From contig NW_027191480.1 in the NCBI RefSeq assembly GCF_011745625.1, positions 248,001 through 310,076 of the forward strand: a stretch of 62,076 bases of DNA, in the 5' to 3' direction. The position numbers and the translations under genes are program-made. Positions 1 to 11,148 of the stretch are shown here, in pieces. The notes below the pieces were generated by a model. It saw only the letters and a program-made list of their open reading frames with translations, searched no databases and was not told the DNA's origin. Origin of the DNA: Cladosporium halotolerans. Lineage: Eukaryota. Each line of letters opens with the position of its first letter. The stretch's first letter is position 1.

Positions 1-3000
1 CTGACTGGTCCGATGTTGCTTTGGTCATCCCTCAATGAACAGCGCTGAAGTCTGTGCTTGCTCCTACAGCCCGCAGAAGCTTGTCTCTCACTGGACGCTG
101 ATTGTGCCTTGCCGGCCTTTCAACACCCAAGAATGGATTTTGCAACATGTGAATCCCAAGTCGTGGCTTTCCTGGGGTTTCAAATGGTTTTGTGATCAAC
201 CGGCTGCCGTCTGAAAGCGGCTGCTATCCGTCCAGCTACGCTCTGCAAGACACGCGAAACTGCGCGTCCGAATTTCAAATGCCTTGTCATCCACGCAGGT
301 CGTCTACAGAGCCTGTCGCGCCAGCCCTTCATCGAGCGATGTTGATAGTGGAGTACCATCTCTCGAGCACCGACTGTATCCGCCTCTTGCAAGATACCAA
401 ACTGCATACCATCACCAGGCTTCTTGCATGAGCTGTGCTCGCCCTACCTGTGGCGTAAACCGGGGTCGAACTCCTTGTCACAAACAAAAGAGCGCTTCGA
501 TCGCGGATGTCAGGTCGTTGCGCTACGTGCAGAGATTGCCCAATCCGATACTCTTGTTAACGGCGAGGTCTTTGTGCTTCGGGTCACGCAGCAATTGGAG
601 AAATACACAATGTCGCGTGGCAAACTGACATTGAGCGAGGGATGCGTCTCTCGATGCCGTCCTCGTGCTGCAAGATCACCAGTCTGGATCTCGCTGTCAC
701 CAGCAGATCATGAGATATGCCTTGAGCATGTAAAGAACCTCGGCCGGCGATCTTCGGTGGCATGCTGCCGATGGCGAATGGCAATGAGTGCAACAAGCGT
801 CCAGGAGGTGCCACGGTCAAGGAGTCGAAGGTCATCGGCGTCGTCGCAATGCAATGTCGTGTCTGCGATCGCATTCCATCCATGGGTCCTCCTTGGCGAC
901 GTTCCGGGCACTCCAGCAGGGGAGCGTGTTTCACGTCAGGCGTAGTGTTGCGTCCTGAAGAGGGTGCTTTGTATGGCAAAACAAGAGCGTGCCAAGCCTC
1001 AGTCGGCTCTCAGCGCAGCCCACCGGCATGAGCGGCAGCACCCCATGCCTGCGATATCTTAACAACGACACGTTAGTACACCATCAGATCTTTAACGGTG
1101 CATGCATACACCGAGGGCTTGTACCTCTGCCCAAAAGATCACTGTTCGGAGGCTTGTGGCTCGCACAATTGAACTGTTGGCGAGGCTGGTGAGGCAAACA
1201 AGCCCAACCTTTATAAGCCTTTTCACACTGTGCATGACGTCTTACGAGACATGGACTCACGGTAAGGCGCTCGGCCTCTCTTCATTAGATGCGTAGTAAC
1301 TAACGATGGTCCAGAGTTCAATCCCCGGGTCATGACCCGTAAAGAAAGTGAAACGCCCCAGCTGCCACCTGGGCCCACTTTCCGCCGCCACAAAGGCTGG
1401 TTTTCGTTTTGCATATTCGAGATACACCGGTCCAATCTTTTTGCGATAACCAACCTTTTACACACGACATTATGGTACCCTTGCCGCGGTTGAAGCGTCA
1501 CTGGTCCAGTCCGCACATACTGAAAACTCTGCCACCGCCAGCCGACTTCCCTCCGACAACAACCACGGCTACTCCAGTCCTGCAACCGGTGCCCCTTCTC
1601 AGACGCCGTCACAGCGCACGACTGTCGGTCCCTGTACCGATTATTTCCGGTGTTGGAGCTGTAGCTTGCAAAAACACCACTTTCTCATCGATATCATATG
1701 CCACACGCTATCAACACAGCAACGTGCTCGGAGCAGACAAAGAGCGTTGGAGGATTGCTGAGGTCTATCGGGGGATCCAAGAATGTTTGTAAGCACAAGC
1801 AAAAATCGCGCAATGTGAGTACGCGCATAGTCTAACATCACATCGCATTGCCTGCCTCAAGCCCTTTTTCGATGAGCTCCAATTTCACAATCCGCTATCC
1901 CACAAACACGGTCCCATTGGCAGAACAAACCCCTGATGAGACGACAACCTGTTACCCTCACGATATTCGCATTGCTCATGTTGAATTCTCACTGCTAAGT
2001 CGTCGCGCAGAGCGATCCCCTGCGACCCTATGATGATGCTTGTTCGACCATCCCGTCTGAGACTGACTCACACGAGGTCCTTTCCAACGCCATGACAAAG
2101 GGATATTAATCATTATCAAAGTAGGCCAGCTTCTCAGCTCTTTGAGTACCATTGGAAATCAAGCAATCATTGCATCGCCTACCGCTCTCAGCGCCCATAG
2201 CTTCTTCAAGGAGCCGGAAAACCCTGGCCGAGCCCAAATACTCAAGGAGGTATCTCCACTTAAGGGAATCTACAGCGCGCACACTTGCGCCGGTCTGTTA
2301 CTGCCCTTCAATTTGCCTCTGAGCATTGCAGACCTGTATACACATACAAAGACCACATTGTCTTGACAGCAAACATGGCATCTAGAGCTTTATCGGATGT
2401 GAGTCTGGCTTAAAAGGATCAAGACTCCTACAAACAAGTTCAAAAATCTAGCAGCAAACAACCCGATGATATAATTGCAGTGTCGCAGTTGCAGCTACTG
2501 GAACCACCTCTGAATGCCCTTCAGGACTCTCGTTCAGATCGTTATACCCGAGTTCGAGATACCCGGCACGTTCGCCTGGGATGCTCGAGAAACCGGGCGA
2601 ATCGCTGAGCACAGAAAATCTCCGGGCACTAGTGTCCCACACAAGAGCCTTACGCGTGCCTGGTTCAACAATCTTTCCTCGAGATTCTCTTTGCGAGCCT
2701 CGGCGGCCATCGACCGGTCTAGGAAGCTGCGCTATAGAACGATCTGCTTTCACTCGCAGACGCTCGAGTACACTATTCAGTCTGATGTCTGTTGGTGCGT
2801 GTGAAGTGAATGGCTTTGCACACAACCACATTCACATCGGGTTCGCCTCGCGCGCCGACACTATCTGGGGACCCGGCGCCGGGCAGTCACTCTTTTTAAT
2901 AGGTGAATGACAATGCGTTCTAAGTGCAGAGGTTCGCGTTGCCGCGCCCTGAGTGCGCTCTGTATATACACCAACACAAGTTATCTTCCTGAACCACAAC

Positions 3001-3036
3001 CACCCACCAAACTTGGATGACCAAAACGAAGCAGCC

Positions 3037-4866
3037 ATGGACAACAGCAGCAGCTCTCCGCAAGATCAAGGGTACCCCGACCAGCCCTATGGGCAGTCGT
3101 GGGACATGAATGTCTCCAGGCAGCCTGAGATGGGTCTGCATCCGTTGACTACAACTGGTGAGCCACATCATAGATACTTCACGTCGCAGCCCCATCTGAC
3201 CCTGACAGCAGAGGCAGACCCACTAAGCTACATCGACCCCATGTCATCGCTCCAGGGTACGGCTGTTGGTAACTTTGGCGTTGACGACGCCTTCGGTGCC
3301 AACACGATGTTCATGGCCCAGCAACCTGCACCTGCGCATCTCATGGGTTATTACAATACCCAACCCGGGCCCTACGGAATGAGGATGAGCGTGAATATGC
3401 CTCCGCCGTACATCCAGATGCCATACAGCGTCCACAACACGCAGCAGCCTCAATACATCACTACGTTCCCTACGTACAGAGGCCCCGAAGCAGCTGTCGC
3501 TCAGGCGTCCAGAGGTCTAGCGCAGAACAGCCTGCACGTAAAAGCTGCTTCTGCTCCGGGTACTGCCCCTCCATCGCGAGGACCACTCGCCATTCTGGCT
3601 CCTTTGACCGCGGTACCAGCTCTACCGGCGGATACTCAACGCACGGATGCTCCTGCAGCAGTAGCCGTCGCTCCAGCGTCAGCAGCACGCAGCACCCACG
3701 CCCATGGGCCTCAGGTAGCCCAGTTTAGCTCGTACGAAGTTGCGGCGACAGCGTACGAGAGATTGTATCGCCAGGGTCTGGAACTGCCCTTGGACGATGT
3801 CGACGCGGTGGCTCAGGCCCCACTCAGTCACGTGCAATCACTCATGGATGCGCTGAGCCATATCGGCCACATGGAACCACCTACCGAGTGGTCTACCATC
3901 ATGAACAAGAAGAAGCTGCGCGTGACGACCACGCAGGTGCAACGCGACGATTTCAGCGACTGGCAGGAACGCGCCGAGGCAAGCCTCAGGCAATCTCATC
4001 AACAACCCAACTTCGATACTGAAGTTGCCTTCCGAGCGTGGAACATCTTCCGCGAGATGATCGAGGTGCACCGCACCGGCTTCCGATTCACTAAACAAGC
4101 TAAGGCCAAAAACCTCAAATGTTCCGACCGCATCAAAGCCGGCGTGAAGATCATCAAGGACTACGCGCTCATCCGCAAGAAGCTTCTTGAAGGCGACAAG
4201 ATCCACGACTTCTGCACCAACCCGAAGGCCTATGCCGATACTGCTGTCAGGCATCTCCGGAACAACAACACCCGGAGACAAGCCAAGGGCGACACCAACG
4301 ACCCGAACGCGAAGAAGCCTGGCGGTCGCGGTAAAACGGTTGTTGGTGGTGCGCTCTGGGCTCGTCATCGCCCGACTGGCGAGCTGGCTCAGCATAGGAA
4401 GAGGCTGAGAGCTTTCAGAGCACAGGGAGACAACGACGAGAACGACGACGACGACGAGAGCCAGGACTCGACTCCTTCCTCCGATCCTCCTGCTCCCAAG
4501 CGCAAGCGCCTATCATACGCTTCCGAGGGAAGTGAGGCTGCGCACAGCGAACCGTCGATCGAGCATCAGCATATGGTCGCAGAACTGCCGGTTCACGTGA
4601 GTGCGCCCCTTTACCAGCCTTACCAGGCTCAGACGTATGGTGGTGCCCTTGCCAACCCCATCATGCTGCCTCCCATTCTGGGTTATCCTCACGGCCAATT
4701 CGCCACTCCTGGTATGCTCGGACATATTCCTGCTGGGCTTAACGTCCCTATTGATCTAGCAGCTATGCAGCAAGGGGCCAACATGCCTGTTCAGTATAGT
4801 ACTGAACAAGATGAACCCCCTGTCGATGACCCTAGCGATAACTCTGAAGGCCTAGAGCCACACTGA
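3037..4866 (+). CDS. Uncharacterised 609-aa protein: Q/P/M-rich N-terminus, central predicted helical domain, basic NLS-like and acidic C-terminal stretches
   Basis: Long uninterrupted ORF with C-ending codon bias in the core. ATG at 3037 in gcagccATGg context; the ORF track starts upstream at a GTG. TATA-like TATATA at about 2963. Basic motif PKRKR. Confidence 0.8.
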   Translation: MDNSSSSPQDQGYPDQPYGQSWDMNVSRQPEMGLHPLTTTGEPHHRYFTSQPHLTLTAEADPLSYIDPMSSLQGTAVGNFGVDDAFGANTMFMAQQPAPAHLMGYYNTQPGPYGMRMSVNMPPPYIQMPYSVHNTQQPQYITTFPTYRGPEAAVAQASRGLAQNSLHVKAASAPGTAPPSRGPLAILAPLTAVPALPADTQRTDAPAAVAVAPASAARSTHAHGPQVAQFSSYEVAATAYERLYRQGLELPLDDVDAVAQAPLSHVQSLMDALSHIGHMEPPTEWSTIMNKKKLRVTTTQVQRDDFSDWQERAEASLRQSHQQPNFDTEVAFRAWNIFREMIEVHRTGFRFTKQAKAKNLKCSDRIKAGVKIIKDYALIRKKLLEGDKIHDFCTNPKAYADTAVRHLRNNNTRRQAKGDTNDPNAKKPGGRGKTVVGGALWARHRPTGELAQHRKRLRAFRAQGDNDENDDDDESQDSTPSSDPPAPKRKRLSYASEGSEAAHSEPSIEHQHMVAELPVHVSAPLYQPYQAQTYGGALANPIMLPPILGYPHGQFATPGMLGHIPAGLNVPIDLAAMQQGANMPVQYSTEQDEPPVDDPSDNSEGLEPH

Positions 4867-4997
4867 TACCTCAATGAGGCCCTGAACGCAAACAACAACT
4901 GACAAATTTCCAACTATCATAAGCCGTCTACTTACGCAACGCAACGTTCATCAAGCGACAACAGCATTAAGCGTCTCCTTCACAATGGAGCACGATT

Positions 4998-5228
4998 TTG
5001 CGCGAAAGCGCACCTAGCGAACAACAAGGCATAGCGAGTTGGTTTGAGCTTATTGCAAGCTTCTTCATCAAGCAACTAGAGCCGATTTAGAGCTCTTTGC
5101 CTTCGCACTCACAAATGCTATCTTGCGCAAAAGCGCACTAAGCGACGAGCACTGCATGAAAATCGGAGTCTGGGTTCGGCTTCTCACGAAGCATTCAGAG
5201 CCGCAGCAGAGCTCTTTCCTCGGCATTG
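4998..5228. repeat. Degenerate tandem duplication, two units about 120 bp long
   Basis: ttgcgcgaaagcgcacctagcga (4998) vs ttgcgcaaaagcgcactaagcga (5123). Downstream, gcttcttcatcaagcaactagagccgatttagagctctttgccttcgcact vs gcttctcacgaagcattcagagccgcagcagagctctttcctcggcatt. Confidence 0.75.
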
Positions 5229-5721
5229 TGCAAGGTCTTCTTTTTCTTTATGTTTGCAATTCTCTCATGTTTCCATTCGATCCAGGTGATAGCAAACAAA
5301 CCACGTTATTCACCTCCGCACAATTTGTCCCGTGAACAGTCTGATTGAATGTCGTTCTATACCGAAAGTATGTGTCGTATCGTCGTTAACTAGTACGTCG
5401 CCGCGAGGCTCGCAATCTCTATGACCCTGTATTAATCCTTTGCGTGTATGAAAGCCGAAAGGAGTGCGGTCAAAAAAGGCTAAACCCGCGCTGCGAGGGG
5501 CGCAATGCCAGTAGAAGTAGAAGCATAAACAACGTGAGCGGAGAACGCGCGGAAAAGCAAAGAAAGCAAAATATTTGTAGTCAAAGATTGAACGCTGCAT
5601 TTGTTCGCCGCCGTTATTGGTATGTGTAAGTTTGTTCCTTCGCCCTTATGGTATCTTGTTACGCTCCTTCGAGCGGCGTTTGCTTTCCCTCTCTACTACA
5701 ACGACGGTGCTTTTCCTCAGC

Positions 5722-8700
5722 CTACAAAAAGCCCGTCGACCCAGCCCCGAGCGCCCCAGACTGCAACTGCTCAGGAGGCATGTTCGCCCTCACTTCTTTT
5801 GGGTGGCGATAGCCCATGTCCCTTGTGCTCTGACTTCGGGGCGGAACGGAAGTCTCATTGAACTTCACTTGCTCTCCCTGAGGCGGAGCACCCGGCGCAG
5901 GCGGAGGCGGCGGCGGCATCGAGTTCTGCTGCTCGGCCATCGCCTGCTCGTAAGGGCTCTTGGCGCGCGAGATGCTCTTTTTCCGCTGGTGGCCTACGCT
6001 GTTGGTTGGTAGTGCGGTCTCGTAGGGTGGGACGTAGGTTGTTGCCTCGAGCATCGGTGGTGACTTTGCGCGCGACTTGGAGTGGTTGCGCATGCGGTCG
6101 GCGACGCCGCGCATGCGGGAGCCGAAGCTTTCGCTGATGCTGCCGTGTCCTCTACGGTGTGATGTCGGCGAAGCAGTAGAGGCACGCTCCATTTGATAGG
6201 GGAATTGCGGGAATGATGTTGGGCCTTGAGATAGGTCTGAAGCTGTTCCGCTGGTAGCTGTCGCTGTTGTCGATGTGTTCCCCTCGATGCCTGCAAAGCC
6301 CACCTCAGATCTACTGGATTGTAGATACTGGTAGTAACTTGGAGCGGGAGGGGGTGGCGGTGGCATGGCGAGGTGCTGAAGCTCGGGCAGTAGGACTGGG
6401 TCATCCTCTGTTCCCTGGTCAAGTACGATGACATGATGATCGCCATTGCTGTGAATAGCGTGGTCGATGCTAGAGATGTGCGAAGGATTGAGCTCCTCCA
6501 GCGGAGATGCAGGCGGTGAAATCATGCGCACCTGTCCTCGGCCGGTCGACTGGCGGCGAGAGTGCTTGGGCACATGAGATTTCGATCCAGCCTGCTTCTG
6601 ATGTGTTGGGTCACCCTCCAAGGGTGCGGAAGCTGCTCGTGGGCCACCATGAGTAGTGGGTCTGCCGAATACTGTGGATGGCAAGAGCTGGCCTACAGTA
6701 TCATCCTCAACATCCCGTGACTGATCAGAGACCAAAGATGAGGACACTTGACTCGGGCTAGAGGGTCCAGCCTGGCTCAGGCTGGATGGTGCAAGTTGAC
6801 TGATACTCGAGCCAGTCGTTTGGCTGAGCAACGATCCGCCATTTAAGCTTACGCTTCCAGGTAGCGCAGGGACTGGGGGTGCATCTTGGTCATGTGTGTC
6901 TGATCGCATGTAGTAAGGGTGCTTCATCGCTCGTGGCGTGGCAGGTAGCCCAATCTGAGCTGAGGATGTGGGCGTGATGGTGATCCTACCATAGCGTGAT
7001 GCGATCTCAGGATCCGCGGTCGCGCTACGGAAGAAAGGTGGTGTCATGGAGCGAGGGCTATTGTCGAGGTCTGTATGAGATCTGGAGCCTATACCCGGTC
7101 GGATCGACAGCAAGTCGCTAGGAAGCGGGATGGCTGGAGCGGAAGGCCGTCTGGCAAGAGACAAACGCCGTTCCTCCAGTTCTCTAGCTGCAATTTCCTT
7201 TCGAGTCAGCGGCCTGGAGAGATGCTCGACTCTTGGGTGAGAGGCTGCCGCACTGGTCTCTTTGGAGGTTGGAAGGCTTGCATCGTGATGGGCCTCAGGG
7301 ATGCTGAGTTTGGGTCGCGCGCTGCGAGACCTCTCACCAGCCCTGGTTGTACTTGCGGCCCTTCTTGTAGATGCATCTCTCCCAGCAGAGCTGCGCGCGC
7401 GGCTTCTTACGCGGATTCCGTCGCTCTGAGTTTCATGCTTGTCGCTCGCGGAAGCCGCATCTGCAAGCATGGGCAACGGAGACGAAGGTGAGCGTGCTGA
7501 AGATCCCTGACCTCGGCCCTTGTTGCGGCCTCTCACTTCGTTGAATTGTGGCGTCTCACGGCCAGGACTCGGTGGCTGATAGCCGATGGCATTTTCTATG
7601 TGCAGGATCTCGGGTTGGGATTGATGTCTCCTGTGCTCGGCTGTAGGAAATCCATTTCCGTGGCTTTCGATTGGTGATGTGAGCTTGTAGAAGTTCTCAG
7701 CTTCGTTGTTAGCAGCTTCAGCCTGCCTTGCGTTTGCTTCCGCGATCTCTTCAGGGGACATTGGGATTGGAGAAGATGGCGACGTTTTCGCAGGCGCAAT
7801 ATATCGTACTCCAGCTCTGCCACGAGCTTCGGAAGGATCGCGGACTCTGCTTGCTGCTCTATCATTGTTGTGATCCGCTCGACTTCTGCTACGATGCTCA
7901 CCCCGGACTCGGCTCGCAGTCCTGGCTTGTCGCTTGTTCAGTCGCGCCTCTTCAACACTATCGATGTAGTCGTCAATGGCCTTCGCTTTCGAGCTCTGGA
8001 GGCTGATACCAGTCAGCGGCGGCGTTGGTGCTCCTCTTGATCCGCCCGTCAATGGTGCGACATGGTTGCCGTTCACCGAGTGGCCACCGTTTGATCCGGA
8101 AATCGCGTTGGCACCTATATTCCTGGTCTCCAAGATTTGAATTCTCATGCCGTCGACTGATTTATCACGAGAGTGATTGCCGGGTCTAGAGGCAGCTCTC
8201 AAACGGGCTAGTGATCCACGAGATGGTGACGGAAGTCTTTCACTGGTTTTGTCAGCTAGGCTGGCGTCTGTCAGATCACGCATGGTTGCGCGAAGAGCGG
8301 TGGCGGGTTCATCCGCATCGCTCACAGACGGTGTCCGTCGACCCTGGCTGCCAGAAGCACTCGAATGACTGAATGGAAGATTCCTGGGGCCAGAGATGGG
8401 TGTGCCGATTTCTGCAGCTTCTTGCTTGATGCGTGCTATGTCGCTCCTCGAAGGAATCCGCTTTCGCCTGGTATATCCTCCAGGAGTGGCTGTGCGGGCG
8501 GAAGATGGGGCTCTTATCCCTGCGTCGTGAGAGCGCCAGTCTGCAGGTGACATCGCCGAGGTCAGGATGGGGGTGACTCCGATAGCTAATGGCGTAGGGT
8601 CATCTCCTCCTGATTTCATCGGCGCGCCCTTCTCACCGAAAGTGGTGATCAACTTGAGAGACGCATTTTTTGCTTTCATGCGCCCTGAGGCCGTTCTTGA

Positions 8701-11148
8701 CGGTGGAGACAAGGGCGGGCTGTGGATTGAATCATTCCTCGCCGAATCCATGGCTTCTTCATGTTGCTGCTTCGCTGCGAACACCGCATCTTGTGTCTTC
8801 GGCGATGTCCATGGTACCGTCGTTTCGGCACTGGCGCAGGAGAATATTCGCACTGCAAGCTCAGGCTCTCCTGACTTTACGGCGATTTCGCCCCACTTCC
8901 GAAGAAGGTAAACTTGCCTACCCCAATCGGTCGAAAGACACAGACTTGAGAGTAGCACTGCCTCCATATAATGATTCTGAGAGACATAGACCTCAACGGC
9001 ATCATTTATTTCTCCGAGACCGAGAAGGATTGCAGCTGCTGGGTGAATGTCTCCTTTCTCGAGTAATCGCTGGACGAAGGCTTCGCCCACTCGCTTTTGA
9101 GAGTCGTGTCCAATCGAGCTGAGAGCGAGCAGCATCCAGTCTGACGATGTCATCGATTGCGATCCAACCAGAGACGACATGCTGTCGGCACCGACATCGC
9201 CAAGCCACTTTGCGAGGAGCACAGCGCTTCCCGAGCCAGGTCGGTGCTGGGCCATCTCATCGCGAACCAGGTTCTCGACAGTGTCGTTCCAGCCGAACAC
9301 CACACTTAACATCTCCCGTTGCAGCATCTCAGCAGTTCGAGCAGAGTCGCCATAATGTGGTGTTTGCAAAGGAACATCGAGTAACCGCGCTTTGAGGAAC
9401 GGGAATAGATCCATCAAGCCGCCTTGCGCAGTGGCTTCTTCTGGACTTCGCAGTATCTCTCGACGCAGGCTGGAAGAGCGGAAGCGGTTGTGTGAAGCTC
9501 TTGTTGAACCAGATCGTATTGACATGCTGTCTCTAATGGGATTGGTGAGCGGCCCACCGAGCGAGAATTCTGTGCCTTCATAGCCGGTAACATCCGAGGC
9601 GCATGAAGAGGAGGGCCGGTCGTAGAGGTATTTGCAATGGCGGTGTCCGCCTCCAGCAGACCTGGAGCTGGTGGAAGATGCACGACTGGACGTTGGACTG
9701 AGAGGTGTGATCTTGTCGCGCAGCTCGCTTTCAAGCTGATCTAAAGAATCCATCTCTCGTGCAATTTTCTGGAGCGGCGACATCCCCGTGCTCTCGTCCG
9801 CACTGCTTTCTGCATCAGATGGTCCTGGCAGGACATGCGCCGAATTTGATTCAGGGAGTTGCGTTCCAGCGTAGGGGTTGTTCTGCTCCTCAAGCGAAGT
9901 TGGCGGAGTCGGTGGTGTGTTTGCAGGAGCATGTTGCACGCTTTGCACCTGGAGCGGTACTGATGTTGGCGAAACGTCGTACTGCTGCACGGTATGATTC
10001 CGCCCAAGTGTGAACAGAGTCGCTGTCGGTCCGTAATTCGCAAGAGCAACCACGCCATCGATCGTGGGCACAATGTCGTACGTGACTCGTTTTGTTCGTA
10101 CATCCCAGGAGCGCGTCTCACTGTAAAGCCACGTTAGTTCTCAGTCGCAGGCTTGCGTTCAAGGGGTTTTCACTGACTTGTCATAATATTGCACCAATCG
10201 ACCATTTTTTGACCACGCAAACCAACTGGGGCCCGGTTGCCGAACGTCTGATCGCGATAGCGCCCTGATGATTGTCGGTGGTTCGCTTTGGGGTGCCTTA
10301 GGAACACTCCACACCCGTAAATCGCCGTCGGCTGTTTGCGTGGCGAGCATGTCCGTTTTTTGTTTTGAAGAAGATCCATGCCATGCGATACCGGTAATTT
10401 TTGAGGGCGCACGCGATGTTGTCAGGGTGTGCAATATTGTGAAGGCGGGCTTTAGAGTCGCGATCAATATTGAGCCATTGAGATACCTGTACTTGTCAGC
10501 GGCCTTACTAAAATGTTAGTGTCGTTACGCCACTTACCCTATGGCGAATGTTCGGTTGTCGCTCGCCGGCGCAATGGCTGTGACTGGGTCGAATATTGTT
10601 CGCGCACAAATATTCTCATCTGTTGACGGTTCGAACAGGATGATCGAGCCTTGAACGTTACCTTCAATCTGTCAGTCGTATCTCACCAACCTGCCAAGCC
10701 AACGACCTCACTTACCAAAAGCAATGTTGCCATTTCGCATGAATTGCGCAACGTTGATCGCATCGTAAGCGACGAAACGTGCAATCTCGCGACCTGTGAG
10801 GATGTCCCAGACTACCGTGGAATGACCCGCATCATAGCTGACCGCCACCCTGCCAGCGCCCTGTTCGCTGACATTGTCTACCGCGATCCATTTGATGTCT
10901 TCTCGGTGTGTTTCAAAGCGCCTCTCTATTGCCAACGTGTCATGGTGCAGAACCAAGATGACGTTTCGCTGCGAGTATAGTAAGAACGACCCTGTCGCCG
11001 CGCAAGGTTCGAAGGCTTGTTCATGGTTCTCGGGTGTCAAAGCGGATGGTGGAGGAGTCGGTCGCATGGGTATTGAATGTTTGGAAGACGAAGACTCAGC
11101 CCTTGTCTGCAAAGGCCGGTCAGACATCGTGCGGGTCACTGTAGCCAT
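5722..11148 (-). CDS. WD40-repeat protein with central alpha-solenoid (Gemin5/WDR11-like TPR module) and long S/P/R-rich tail, 1754 aa. Exons 11148-10716, 10661-10538, 10486-10178, 10120-5722
   Basis: Three GT-AG introns (10662-10715, 10487-10537, 10121-10177) with CTGAC/CTAAC branch sites join the ORFs in frame (5265 nt). WD-type motifs: STVVWDI, DGDLRVWSV, TRSWDVR. Helical block FVQRLLEKGDIHPAAAILLGLGEINDAVEVY. Confidence 0.85.
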
